Part shown: positions 16,251-24,592 of the stretch, piece by piece
Position numbering within the stretch: position 1 is the stretch's first letter
Layout: each line of letters starts with the position of its first letter
Assembly: GCA_964357165.1 (NCBI GenBank)
Contig: CAYHKI010000001.1
Location: 1 to 24,624 of the forward strand
DNA length: 24,624 nt
Direction: 5' to 3'
From: an uncultured Gammaproteobacteria bacterium
Lineage (GTDB): Bacteria > Patescibacteriota > Microgenomatia > Curtissbacterales > GWA2-41-24
The notes under the pieces: generated by a model
What the model saw: the letters and a program-made list of their open reading frames with translations, nothing else
What the model was told of the DNA's origin: nothing
Databases searched by the model: none
Translations under genes and position numbers: made by a program

Positions 16251-16733
16251 ATGCCAAACCTAATAACAATTATACAATTTTTATGGCCGGTTGCAGCAGG
16301 AGCATTTGGAGCTTGGGGTTGGTTCCAATTATTCCGGAAAAAAGAGCAACGACTTTTTAAAAATCTCCAAAGACCAGTTGGAATAATCGCTACTCCAGAT
16401 AAACCAATGACGCACGAAGCAGTTTTGCTAAAAAGAGTTGGATTTTTTGATATTAAAGACCCCTCTTCGGACAGCAGAGCCTTGGATTTAATGAACGAAA
16501 ATAGGCTCGTTATCATCGGATACTCTCCAAACTCCCAAGCTTTTAAAGATGCTTTCAATACCGCTAAACAGCGCGAGGTTCCTGTTATTGTCTATGCCGG
16601 ACCAACACGAATATCGGACGAAGACATGAAGCTTCTCCAAAGCTATTCCCACCACTCGATGTGCAACACCCCCTTGAGATTAATATCTGACGTTTTTGCC
16701 ATGATGGGTACGCTGCCGGAGGAAGAAAAATGA
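16251..16733 (+). CDS. Single-TM protein with an alpha/beta (receiver/TIR/flavodoxin-like) cytoplasmic domain; candidate effector or accessory
   Basis: Hydrophobic residues ~3-27, then five alternating strand/helix units (VGIIA, FDIK, LVIIGY, VIVYA, HSMC). ATGA overlap with the CD-NTase. Confidence 0.75.
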   Translation: MPNLITIIQFLWPVAAGAFGAWGWFQLFRKKEQRLFKNLQRPVGIIATPDKPMTHEAVLLKRVGFFDIKDPSSDSRALDLMNENRLVIIGYSPNSQAFKDAFNTAKQREVPVIVYAGPTRISDEDMKLLQSYSHHSMCNTPLRLISDVFAMMGTLPEEEK

Positions 16734-17743
16734 ACGATGAGGCAATAAACCAAGTTATAAATAAGTACGTAAAAGAGCATCTTTCGCCAAAAGAAAAGCA
16801 GCGGGAATACATTAGTGAAAAATATGTTGAGCTTTGGGGTTTTTTAAAAGGTAGTTGTTTTCAAACAGGGTCTTATGCCAGGTATACCGCTATCGATCCA
16901 GTGCACGACTTAGACGTAATTCATCCGGTTGCCGACGTTAGCCTTCAAGATAACCCGTCCTTGGTTATTGATGCTTTGTACGCTATTTTGGAAGAAGAAT
17001 ATTCCGCCTCCGCTACTCGAATTAAAAAAATTTACAGGCAATCACACTCGGTGACCGTGGAATTTGACAATGCTACTGAAGAATTTAGCATCGACGTTGT
17101 GCCTTCGATAGAGCTGCCAAATGAGCAGAATGAGTATAAGCAACCTTTTTATCTGGTACCTGAAATTTTGCCCCTTAATAAGCACAACCGTCAACTTCGC
17201 TATGAAAAATCGGTCGAAGAGCCGATTGGCTGGATAAAGTCTGATCCTCGCGGTTATATTAAAGCCGCTTCAGATTTAAACGAAAAAAACAGTGACTTCC
17301 GCCACAGCGCTAAGTTGGTTAAGTCCTGGCGGCATGCTTGTAAAATGAATTATGGCGACGATTTTTGCCTTAAATCATTCCATCTGGAGCAGATCGTCTT
17401 TAATATTTTTTCAGATAACGAAGGAATTCTTGCATTGGACGCTATAACTGAAGCTTTGGCGGCAATTCCGGGCAATATTTCTGAACCCCAGATTCAAGAT
17501 AGGGCAGATTCTGAAAGATACATTGACGATTATGTTGAAGGGTTTACCCAAGAGCAGAAGAAACTTATTTTAAATCTACAGGCGGAAGCTTATGCAGTAG
17601 TGCGAAAATTATCCGGGTGCCAAACTGAACAAGAAGTTATGGAGAACCTCGACAGATTTCTTGCGGTTCGTAAAAAAACAACCAATTCTTCCGTTCTACC
17701 AATCGCCGCGCCAACTATTCCCAGGCAACCATGGAGTTATTAA
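16730..17743 (+). CDS. cGAS/DncV-like nucleotidyltransferase (CD-NTase, SMODS)
   Basis: FQTGSYARYTAIDPVHDLDVI (G47-S48, D60, D62), third acid in SIDVVP (D122), plus RQSHSV, WIKSDPRGY, KLVKSWR and LKSFHLEQ. Confidence 0.9.
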   Translation: MNDEAINQVINKYVKEHLSPKEKQREYISEKYVELWGFLKGSCFQTGSYARYTAIDPVHDLDVIHPVADVSLQDNPSLVIDALYAILEEEYSASATRIKKIYRQSHSVTVEFDNATEEFSIDVVPSIELPNEQNEYKQPFYLVPEILPLNKHNRQLRYEKSVEEPIGWIKSDPRGYIKAASDLNEKNSDFRHSAKLVKSWRHACKMNYGDDFCLKSFHLEQIVFNIFSDNEGILALDAITEALAAIPGNISEPQIQDRADSERYIDDYVEGFTQEQKKLILNLQAEAYAVVRKLSGCQTEQEVMENLDRFLAVRKKTTNSSVLPIAAPTIPRQPWSY

Positions 17744-17756
17744 AGATGAGGTGTTT

Positions 17757-18488
17757 ATGTGGTCTGCAAGCGACTTCAAGTGGTTAAGGGGGAACTACCC
17801 GGCTCTTAAAAAAACATCTTCCCAGATGCTCGAGGGAAGAGTTTATTTTCAAATGCTTAGACTCAATGGTCAATACTTCGTCAATCCTTCTCTAAGCCAA
17901 ATTCAACAGTCTGCAGCCCCCGATTACCTTTATCTTTGTGGAAGTTATGGAATAAGTATCGAATGGAACCAACCCAACGGTTTACCCATGTCACGCGAGA
18001 CAGGTGGAAAATTTGCCGCGGTAGCAGCAAGGTTGGGCAAGGACAACAAGGACATGCATATTTATCCAGACGGAACCCTTTGCTTGGCCGCACCAATGGA
18101 TTTAGATATTGAGCTAGCCAGGGGTTTAAGGTTGGAAACTTATATCGAAGGGTTTCTTGTGCCGTATTTATTTGCCCAAACCTATTATGCCAAGACTCGA
18201 GTTTGGCTGTGGGGAGAACTCAGCCATGGTGTTTGGGGACTATTAGAATGGCTGGGCCGAAAAAAAGACTACGAGTCTGATGACGCGCGGCGTACTTATT
18301 CCAGGCTTTTGGTTTATGCCAAACAGGAAAATACTGATGTAAAAGCGATTTTGGCCACAAGATGTCGCAATCACAAACCTTGCCCTTGCGGCTCCACCAA
18401 GAAAACCCGCAGTTGTCATCCAGACGTGCAACCGGGCATTGCCCGCCTGCGTAGCGCGATAAACAGTGGGTTAATCGAAACAAGTTGA
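17757..18488 (+). CDS. Prokaryotic E2 (ubiquitin-conjugating-like) protein fused to a SEC-C zinc-binding motif
   Basis: HIYPDGTLCL has the E2-type catalytic Cys (C109, codon 18081-18083), followed by LVPYLFAQTYY...WLWGELSHG. C-terminal RNHKPCPCGSTKKTRSCH is a SEC-C motif. Start at ATG 17757 after SD GAGGTG. Confidence 0.75.
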   Translation: MWSASDFKWLRGNYPALKKTSSQMLEGRVYFQMLRLNGQYFVNPSLSQIQQSAAPDYLYLCGSYGISIEWNQPNGLPMSRETGGKFAAVAARLGKDNKDMHIYPDGTLCLAAPMDLDIELARGLRLETYIEGFLVPYLFAQTYYAKTRVWLWGELSHGVWGLLEWLGRKKDYESDDARRTYSRLLVYAKQENTDVKAILATRCRNHKPCPCGSTKKTRSCHPDVQPGIARLRSAINSGLIETS

Positions 18489-18489
18489 T

Positions 18490-19693
18490 TTAGGGATTGT
18501 TCTGAAATGATTTTTGCATCAAAGAGTGAAATTGAGTATCTAACTCTTCTGATTGGGTGAGCATTTTTTTCTTAAGGTTACTAACGCCACTAGCAACTTC
18601 GCTGTATTTAAGTTGAAGATTTAAAGGTGGAATCAAAGCTGGATAATTTTTAAGTTGAGTTAATATTGATGGTTGCGATACCAGTAGTTTGCTTTGCAGA
18701 TTTTAAGAAGTATTTCTTGCCACGAGCGGATCCAATTTGAGCACTTATATACTCAGGTAATGCAACCTGATTGTTTAAGCGAACCCTGAAAATATGATTT
18801 TGATGTATACAATTATCGACTTCTCCTCTCCAGATCCCCCCTCGTCCAAGTTTGTCTGGATCACCACCTTCTGTTAACAACAAGTCCCCAATTATCAGTC
18901 GATACTTCTCGACGTCGCTTGGTAATACTTCTATCTCTTTAATTTCAGATAAATCTATACGTTCATCTTGAACGTTAGCAACTCGCATATAAGGAGTATG
19001 AACAGTCTTTGAATTTCCGAATTTCCGACCCTTTGTTACTCCGGAACAAATGTCTGAAATTTCATCCAACATTTTTAAGTTCCAGTTTTTGGAGTTTGTA
19101 TTTTGATCTCCAAACATTTCGAAGTAAACAGATTTTAAGTATTCATCCAAAAGGTTAATTGCTTGTTTACGTTTTTGGCCAAGAGATTTAGCTTGATCAA
19201 GCATCCTCACTGTCCGCTTCTGTTCCTCTAGTGAGGGCACGTCAAATTTAATTTTTTCTAAGTTACTTCTTGAAATTCTCTGTCGGGTTGTGCCTGTTAC
19301 ATATTTTTGAATTTGCCGTCTAAATTGTTGGTCGTTTATTTTATACATCAACCATTCTGGCAACACTGCTTTTATGTCTGGCCTCACTATGCAAACATCT
19401 ACAACTGTTACACATCGGGTATCAAGCTTTGGGAAGATACACGCCCTACCAATGGGATCGGGCATTCTTGCGATTAATACATCTCCAGGTGTTAAAAAAG
19501 TACATTTTAATTCCAAAGCTTTTTCTGGGGTAAGATATCTATTAGATTTATTGATGAATGTCCCTTCTCCAATATCTGCAAGCTGAATTAATCTTACTGA
19601 TCCACTTGGATCTTGGTCTTTACTTTCAATCCAATCTCCATCTATGAAAATTCCATCTTTTCCAATGATTTGACTTAGTGAAACCTGTTTCAT
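18490..19693 (-). pseudogene. hsdS: Type I RM specificity subunit with a 1-nt insertion frameshift near 18661-18664
   Basis: TRD1, central conserved region PSLEEQKR...EMFGD, TRD2. The annotated frame stops at 18650, but the shifted frame continues TQLKNYPALIPPLNLQLKY...SLMQKSFQNNP* to TAA at 18490-18492. Confidence 0.85.
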
Positions 19694-21216
19694 TATTTGC
19701 CACTACCATTTAATTCAGCTAATCCTGATAATATTTCTTTCTCCAACGTTTCAATCTTTTTAACAATTACACTTGAGTCTTCATATTTTACTGCCTCATA
19801 ATTGCTCGTTTTATACCTATTAATACTTAAATCAAAATTATTTTCTTCGATTTCCTTTTTCTCCACCCAGAAAAACTTGCTAGTTCTGTTATTTTCCGTT
19901 TGCTCTTTTCTATACCTCCATTTTTCAACAATATCCGGCAAATCGTTTTCTTTAATTTTGTTTCGCTTGTCGTCCAGACTGTAACCGTCAGCTTGCATAT
20001 CATAAAACCAAACCTTCTCTGTCTCCCCACCTTTTACAAACACTAATATGGCTGTACTGACTCCAGCGTAAGGTTTAAAGACCCCACTAGGCATAGAAAT
20101 AACTCCTTGGAGTTCACAATCGCTAAGTAACATTTTGCGAGCTTGTTTGTGCGCATTACTTGAGCCAAAAAGTACACCGTCAGGAACAATTACTCCGCCG
20201 CGGCCGCCAATTTTAAGTGACTTAACAATTCGATTTATAAAAAGAAGTTCAGTCTTAGTTGAATCTATGGAAAACGATTCATGAATATCTCCTTTATCAA
20301 TACTTCCCTTAAAAGGAGGGTTGGCCATAATTACATCAAATTGATTATCCTCATCGTATTTTTTAGATAGAGTGTCTTTTTGTTCAATATTTGGAGTAGA
20401 AATACCATGCATCATTAAGTTCATAAGTCCAATTCGAACCATGCTGTCATCCATGTCGTATCCGTAGAATGTTTTTTCTTTGAGGTGAGTCCATTGTCTT
20501 GCATCAGTTAACTTATCTCCCAATATCCCACGGGTAAGTCCGTTTTCGTCTGTTTGTTGGTGTTCTTTACTAGTGTGTTGAGTCAAGATATGTTGATATG
20601 CGCCAAGTAAGAAACCACCCGTTCCACAAGCAGGATCACAAATGGTGTCGCCAAGTTTTGGGTCTACAAGTTCACAAATTAGTTGAATAATGTGTCTAGG
20701 CGTACGAAATTGACCAAGCTTACCTGCACTGTTTATTTCGGAGAGTAAATACTCGTACACGTCCCCTTGAGTATCTTGAAATTTCTGGCCAGACGATTCT
20801 TGTCTTGATATTTCTTCAAATATTTCGTCAATAATATTAACTGCTTCTACCAATAAAGTAGGCTTGGAAATTATAAAGACCGCGTTATCCATATGATTTG
20901 CAAAAGAACCGCCTTCTGCACCAAGACTTTTCAAGAAAGGAAATACTTTGGTTTGAATATGGTTAAGCATTTCACCGCCTTCCATTTGACGAAAATGGCT
21001 CCATCTTAGGTTCTCATTTTCTCCCTTGAAAAACGGTTCGTAGGATTCACCCGTAAATTCTGCATCATGACTCTTTTTGATGTCTAGTTGATCTATCCTT
21101 TTCATAAAAAGCAAATACGAAATTTGCTCTATGGCAGTAAGGGGATTAGAAATTCCACCACTCCAGAATTTATCCCAAAGACGGTCAATCGATGATTTTA
21201 TTGTGGTATTAAGCAT
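19693..21216 (-). CDS. hsdM: Type I RM N6-adenine methyltransferase subunit
   Basis: Motif I DPACGTGGF, motif IV NPPF, GQFRTPRHI and VPDGVLFG. ATG 21216 overlaps the hsdR stop, and the hsdM stop overlaps the hsdS start (TAATG). Confidence 0.95.
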   Translation of the reverse strand: MLNTTIKSSIDRLWDKFWSGGISNPLTAIEQISYLLFMKRIDQLDIKKSHDAEFTGESYEPFFKGENENLRWSHFRQMEGGEMLNHIQTKVFPFLKSLGAEGGSFANHMDNAVFIISKPTLLVEAVNIIDEIFEEISRQESSGQKFQDTQGDVYEYLLSEINSAGKLGQFRTPRHIIQLICELVDPKLGDTICDPACGTGGFLLGAYQHILTQHTSKEHQQTDENGLTRGILGDKLTDARQWTHLKEKTFYGYDMDDSMVRIGLMNLMMHGISTPNIEQKDTLSKKYDEDNQFDVIMANPPFKGSIDKGDIHESFSIDSTKTELLFINRIVKSLKIGGRGGVIVPDGVLFGSSNAHKQARKMLLSDCELQGVISMPSGVFKPYAGVSTAILVFVKGGETEKVWFYDMQADGYSLDDKRNKIKENDLPDIVEKWRYRKEQTENNRTSKFFWVEKKEIEENNFDLSINRYKTSNYEAVKYEDSSVIVKKIETLEKEILSGLAELNGSGK

Positions 21217-24019
21217 TTTGTAATATTCTTCCTGTGAAATGTAGTATTTCTTGCTGCATTTTGTTATCAAAAAGACCTAAGAATCCATTTTCATGCAATT
21301 TAGTGAAAGGCTCTTGCACAAGATCTTTTTTGCTAAGTACACCGTTTTCAATAATAAATGTTTGCAGAGTTTGTAAAAATTGAATTTGTTTTGCAGTAAG
21401 TGTGTTGTGGTCAGCAATAAACTCAGAAAATGCCTCTGATACTTTTTCCGGAAAGGTAACCAAACCGCCTATACCCATGATGTATCTGATCAAATCTAAA
21501 AAGCTTACTTTGCGAGCATCATAGGCCTTCTGAAGATTTTCCTCAGTTGGATAAGGGTCGTATCCTGCCAGAGTATCTGCAAGTTCTTCAACTTCTTCGC
21601 TGGTTATTCCTTCGTTTTGTTTAATCTTTTGCAAGATCTCATTTTCGTCTTCAAGTTTTTCAATAAGCGCTTCTACTTTTTCGCGATATTTCTGAATAGT
21701 TACTCTTTCATTTGCAGGGCCAAATTTAATGTATTCTTTCTCAAGAGTTATATCCCTAAGATTTAATGAATCCTGATCCGGCTTAATCCCTTCCTCACGA
21801 TATTTCATTAACGGTGCTATTTTTTGAGTTAAAATATCTAGTCCTTTTTCATCGGCTTTTGCCAAATATCCATTATTTAAAACGTCATCTATAAGTTCTT
21901 TATCTTTTGCAACAATATTTACTGAAAGTGGCAGGTCAGAAACCATTTCAATAATTACTTCTTCAAGAGTTTGAACTTTCTTGTCTGTTTTCTCACTTGC
22001 ACCAAGCTTTGCAATAGAGTATTGAAGAACTTTTAGTTCAAAACTCATTGCTTTGAAGTCTTCTCCTGTGCGAGTACGCATTAATGGAGCAATTTCTTTT
22101 TGTAGGTAAATCTTTTTATCGTCGTTTAGTTTCTGCCAAAAAGTATCACTAACTGTATCTATCTTGCTTTTTGCATCAAGGATTACAACATTGTTTGCAG
22201 GTAAACTTTGAATATCATTTTTTAGTTTCTGGATAGTGTTTTTAACAACCTCCTCATTATTTTGAGATTCAGCGACATTTAGTTTTTCAAGCTTTACTTC
22301 AAAAAGTCTAACTGGAATTGGTTTGGTTGGTCGATCAACTTTACCGGTTGGATTGATTTGAAAATATTCAAAGTTTTCCCAACAATCCATAATTAGAAAT
22401 TTATCTTTGACTTTACACCACGGTTTGATTTTCTTAGGCTCTAGAAGTCTGGTCCCTCGACCTATCATTTGCCAAAATTTAGTATAGGAAAAGACTGGTT
22501 TAGCAAAGACTAGGTTAACAATTTCACGAACATCAATACCCGTATCAAGCATATCGACACTAATTGCAATTCTTGGAAAATCGTTATTTACGAACTGATC
22601 AAGCAAGCCACCTTTGCCGTATACCCGAGGATCATCTGAAACTATCACCTTGGCAAGATTTCCTTTGTGTTCAGGGTAGAGATCGTCAAACATTTCCTGT
22701 AATCTCCTGGCATGTTTCATAGTCATAGCAAAAAATATTGTTTTGCCGGGCAAAGTACCGTTTTCATCTTTAATACACTCTTCCATGAATTCTTGAACGA
22801 TTAAGGCATTTGTGCCCTTATTAGTAACTTTCTTCTCAATATCTGTCCCTTCAAAATTTATTTCTTCAGGTTCTTTCCCGTCTGCTAAAAGCTTTTGTTG
22901 CTCTGCAAGAGAAATATTTTGTTTATGAATTCCTTCTTTCTGAAATTTAGTACGGATTTTCAAAACTTCATAATCAGAAAGGTAAGGTGGTTTATTATTT
23001 AGTGCTTCTTCATACGAATAGGCGTAGGTTGGAATCCCGTCTTCACACTCAAAAAGGCCAAAGGTATTGTGTTCCACCGCATCTTTTGGCGTAGCAGTTA
23101 AACCCACTTGAACACAGTCAAAATAATCAAAGATATTTTTGTAAACATTGTAAATGGATCTATGACTTTCATCCGCCACGATCATGTCAAAGAAATGAGG
23201 ACTTAGTTTGCAATCATTATCTTCAATAATGTTTAGCATTGTCGGATAAGTAGCCGCGTATACGCGTCTGTCAGTTTCAATTTCAGTTTCACCAATTTTT
23301 GGCCAAACAGGGGCATTTGGGAGAAATTCTTTAAATGCGTCTAAGGCTTGATTCCTAAGGGCAATTCTATCCACTAAAAATAAAACCTTTTGCACATGAT
23401 TAGTTCTCATTAACACGTCAAGCATTGATACGATTGTTCTTGTTTTTCCTGTTCCTGTTGCCATGACAAGTAGTGCTTTTCTTTTACCCTTATCAAGACT
23501 TTCAAAAACTGAGCGAATAGCCTCAATTTGGTAAGGGCGGTCGGAAATATCACGACTAATGAGTTCTTGTGAAATTGGTTTTTCGTTTTTCCTTAAAAAT
23601 AGTAATCGTTCTAGGTCTTTTTTTGTTGGGAAACCATAAACTTTTCTTGGAGGAGTCTTTTCTGTATCCCAAAAATAGATATCATTTCCATTCGTATAAA
23701 AAACAAAAGGCATGTCTTTACCTGAGTTTTTCTGAATCTCTTCAGCATACTGACGCGCTTGCTCCTGACCAATCCTGGCATCTTTTGATGTTTTCTTAGC
23801 TTCCACAACCGCCAAAGGGTACCCATCCTCACCTAAGAGTGCATAATCCGCGAATCGAAACCCTTGATATTCATTTTCAGGTTCTTCAATACCTTCAGGT
23901 AAGCCGACCCAAATATCTAACTCGGATGTAACTTGAGTAGGGTTATTTACGTCCCAACCAGCTTTCTCAAGGCGTTTGTCGATTATTTCTTGTCTGGTTC
24001 TGGCTTCAGTAATATTCAT
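21209..24019 (-). CDS. hsdR: Type I RM restriction subunit (EcoAI/EcoEI-like architecture)
   Basis: Nuclease ADYALL...VVEAKK, helicase MATGTGKT, DESHRS, GLTATP, DMLDTGID and QMIGRGTR. Confidence 0.95.
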   Translation of the reverse strand: MNITEARTRQEIIDKRLEKAGWDVNNPTQVTSELDIWVGLPEGIEEPENEYQGFRFADYALLGEDGYPLAVVEAKKTSKDARIGQEQARQYAEEIQKNSGKDMPFVFYTNGNDIYFWDTEKTPPRKVYGFPTKKDLERLLFLRKNEKPISQELISRDISDRPYQIEAIRSVFESLDKGKRKALLVMATGTGKTRTIVSMLDVLMRTNHVQKVLFLVDRIALRNQALDAFKEFLPNAPVWPKIGETEIETDRRVYAATYPTMLNIIEDNDCKLSPHFFDMIVADESHRSIYNVYKNIFDYFDCVQVGLTATPKDAVEHNTFGLFECEDGIPTYAYSYEEALNNKPPYLSDYEVLKIRTKFQKEGIHKQNISLAEQQKLLADGKEPEEINFEGTDIEKKVTNKGTNALIVQEFMEECIKDENGTLPGKTIFFAMTMKHARRLQEMFDDLYPEHKGNLAKVIVSDDPRVYGKGGLLDQFVNNDFPRIAISVDMLDTGIDVREIVNLVFAKPVFSYTKFWQMIGRGTRLLEPKKIKPWCKVKDKFLIMDCWENFEYFQINPTGKVDRPTKPIPVRLFEVKLEKLNVAESQNNEEVVKNTIQKLKNDIQSLPANNVVILDAKSKIDTVSDTFWQKLNDDKKIYLQKEIAPLMRTRTGEDFKAMSFELKVLQYSIAKLGASEKTDKKVQTLEEVIIEMVSDLPLSVNIVAKDKELIDDVLNNGYLAKADEKGLDILTQKIAPLMKYREEGIKPDQDSLNLRDITLEKEYIKFGPANERVTIQKYREKVEALIEKLEDENEILQKIKQNEGITSEEVEELADTLAGYDPYPTEENLQKAYDARKVSFLDLIRYIMGIGGLVTFPEKVSEAFSEFIADHNTLTAKQIQFLQTLQTFIIENGVLSKKDLVQEPFTKLHENGFLGLFDNKMQQEILHFTGRILQNA

Positions 24020-24125
24020 ATGTTTATTACGCTTGATTTTAACAAAAACGCAGGTATTTAGACAGAAGAACTTTACATTTGGCTCGTTACAGCAAAATAT
24101 TCTTTAAAAGTAGTATATTAATTGC

Positions 24126-24284
24126 ATGCTTACTGAAGAGCGTTTAAAAGAATTTACAGATCTTTATTACAGAAATTTTAAGGTTCGACTAAGTCGTGAG
24201 GAAGCAACAAAAGCGGCGACTGATCTTTTAAATTTAATGAGAGTTTTAACTAAGCCCTTACCAAAAAGTGAAAAATCAAAATGA
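24126..24284 (+). CDS. Small helical hypothetical protein (52 aa), missed by the ORF track
   Basis: Hand translation: MLTEERLKEFTDLYYRNFKVRLSREEATKAATDLLNLMRVLTKPLPKSEKSK*. Confidence 0.65.
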   Translation: MLTEERLKEFTDLYYRNFKVRLSREEATKAATDLLNLMRVLTKPLPKSEKSK

Positions 24285-24303
24285 AATGTTATAATATCCG
24301 TAT

Positions 24304-24528
24304 ATGGTTAGTAAAAATAGTGACACAATTAGAGAAAAATTGGGCAATAAATTAAAAATATCAAGGGAAAAAGCAAATCTTACACAGGCAGATGTAGCAT
24401 CGAAGTCTGAGGTACATGTTAACTATTACGCTAGGATTGAAAGGGGCGAAGAGAACCCTTCATTTGAGATACTTCACAGGATTGTCAAAGTGTTGAAAAT
24501 TGAACCCTCGGATATATTTCCCAATTAA
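24304..24528 (+). CDS. XRE-family HTH protein (74 aa)
   Basis: LTQADVASKSEVHVNYYARIERGEENPSFEILHRIVKVL; extended -10 TGtTATAAT (24287-24295) 8 nt before the ATG. Confidence 0.9.
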   Translation: MVSKNSDTIREKLGNKLKISREKANLTQADVASKSEVHVNYYARIERGEENPSFEILHRIVKVLKIEPSDIFPN

Positions 24529-24592
24529 AAATTGATATAATCATTCGGAAGCAGAAGCCTCTGTGTGCGCACGCATGAACTGGTCAATCCAG

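Larger units (their letters stand above)
9398..24592. mobile_element. Integrative (probably mobilisable) element at tRNA-Gly with defence cargo; right end not in window
   Basis: Serine recombinase abutting the tRNA, VirD4-like ATPase plus relaxase, CBASS-like operon and type I RM. No second att copy was seen. Confidence 0.75.

Noticed and set aside
16199-16558. 119-aa minus-strand ORF
   Set aside because: It is antisense to the TM protein gene, which is translationally coupled to the CD-NTase.
17661-17756. Upstream extension of the E2 ORF
   Set aside because: It overlaps the CD-NTase by 83 nt. ATG 17757 has a proper SD.
21217-21270. Upstream extension of hsdM
   Set aside because: It lies inside hsdR. 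ATG 21216 gives the usual short overlap and a normal HsdM N-terminus.
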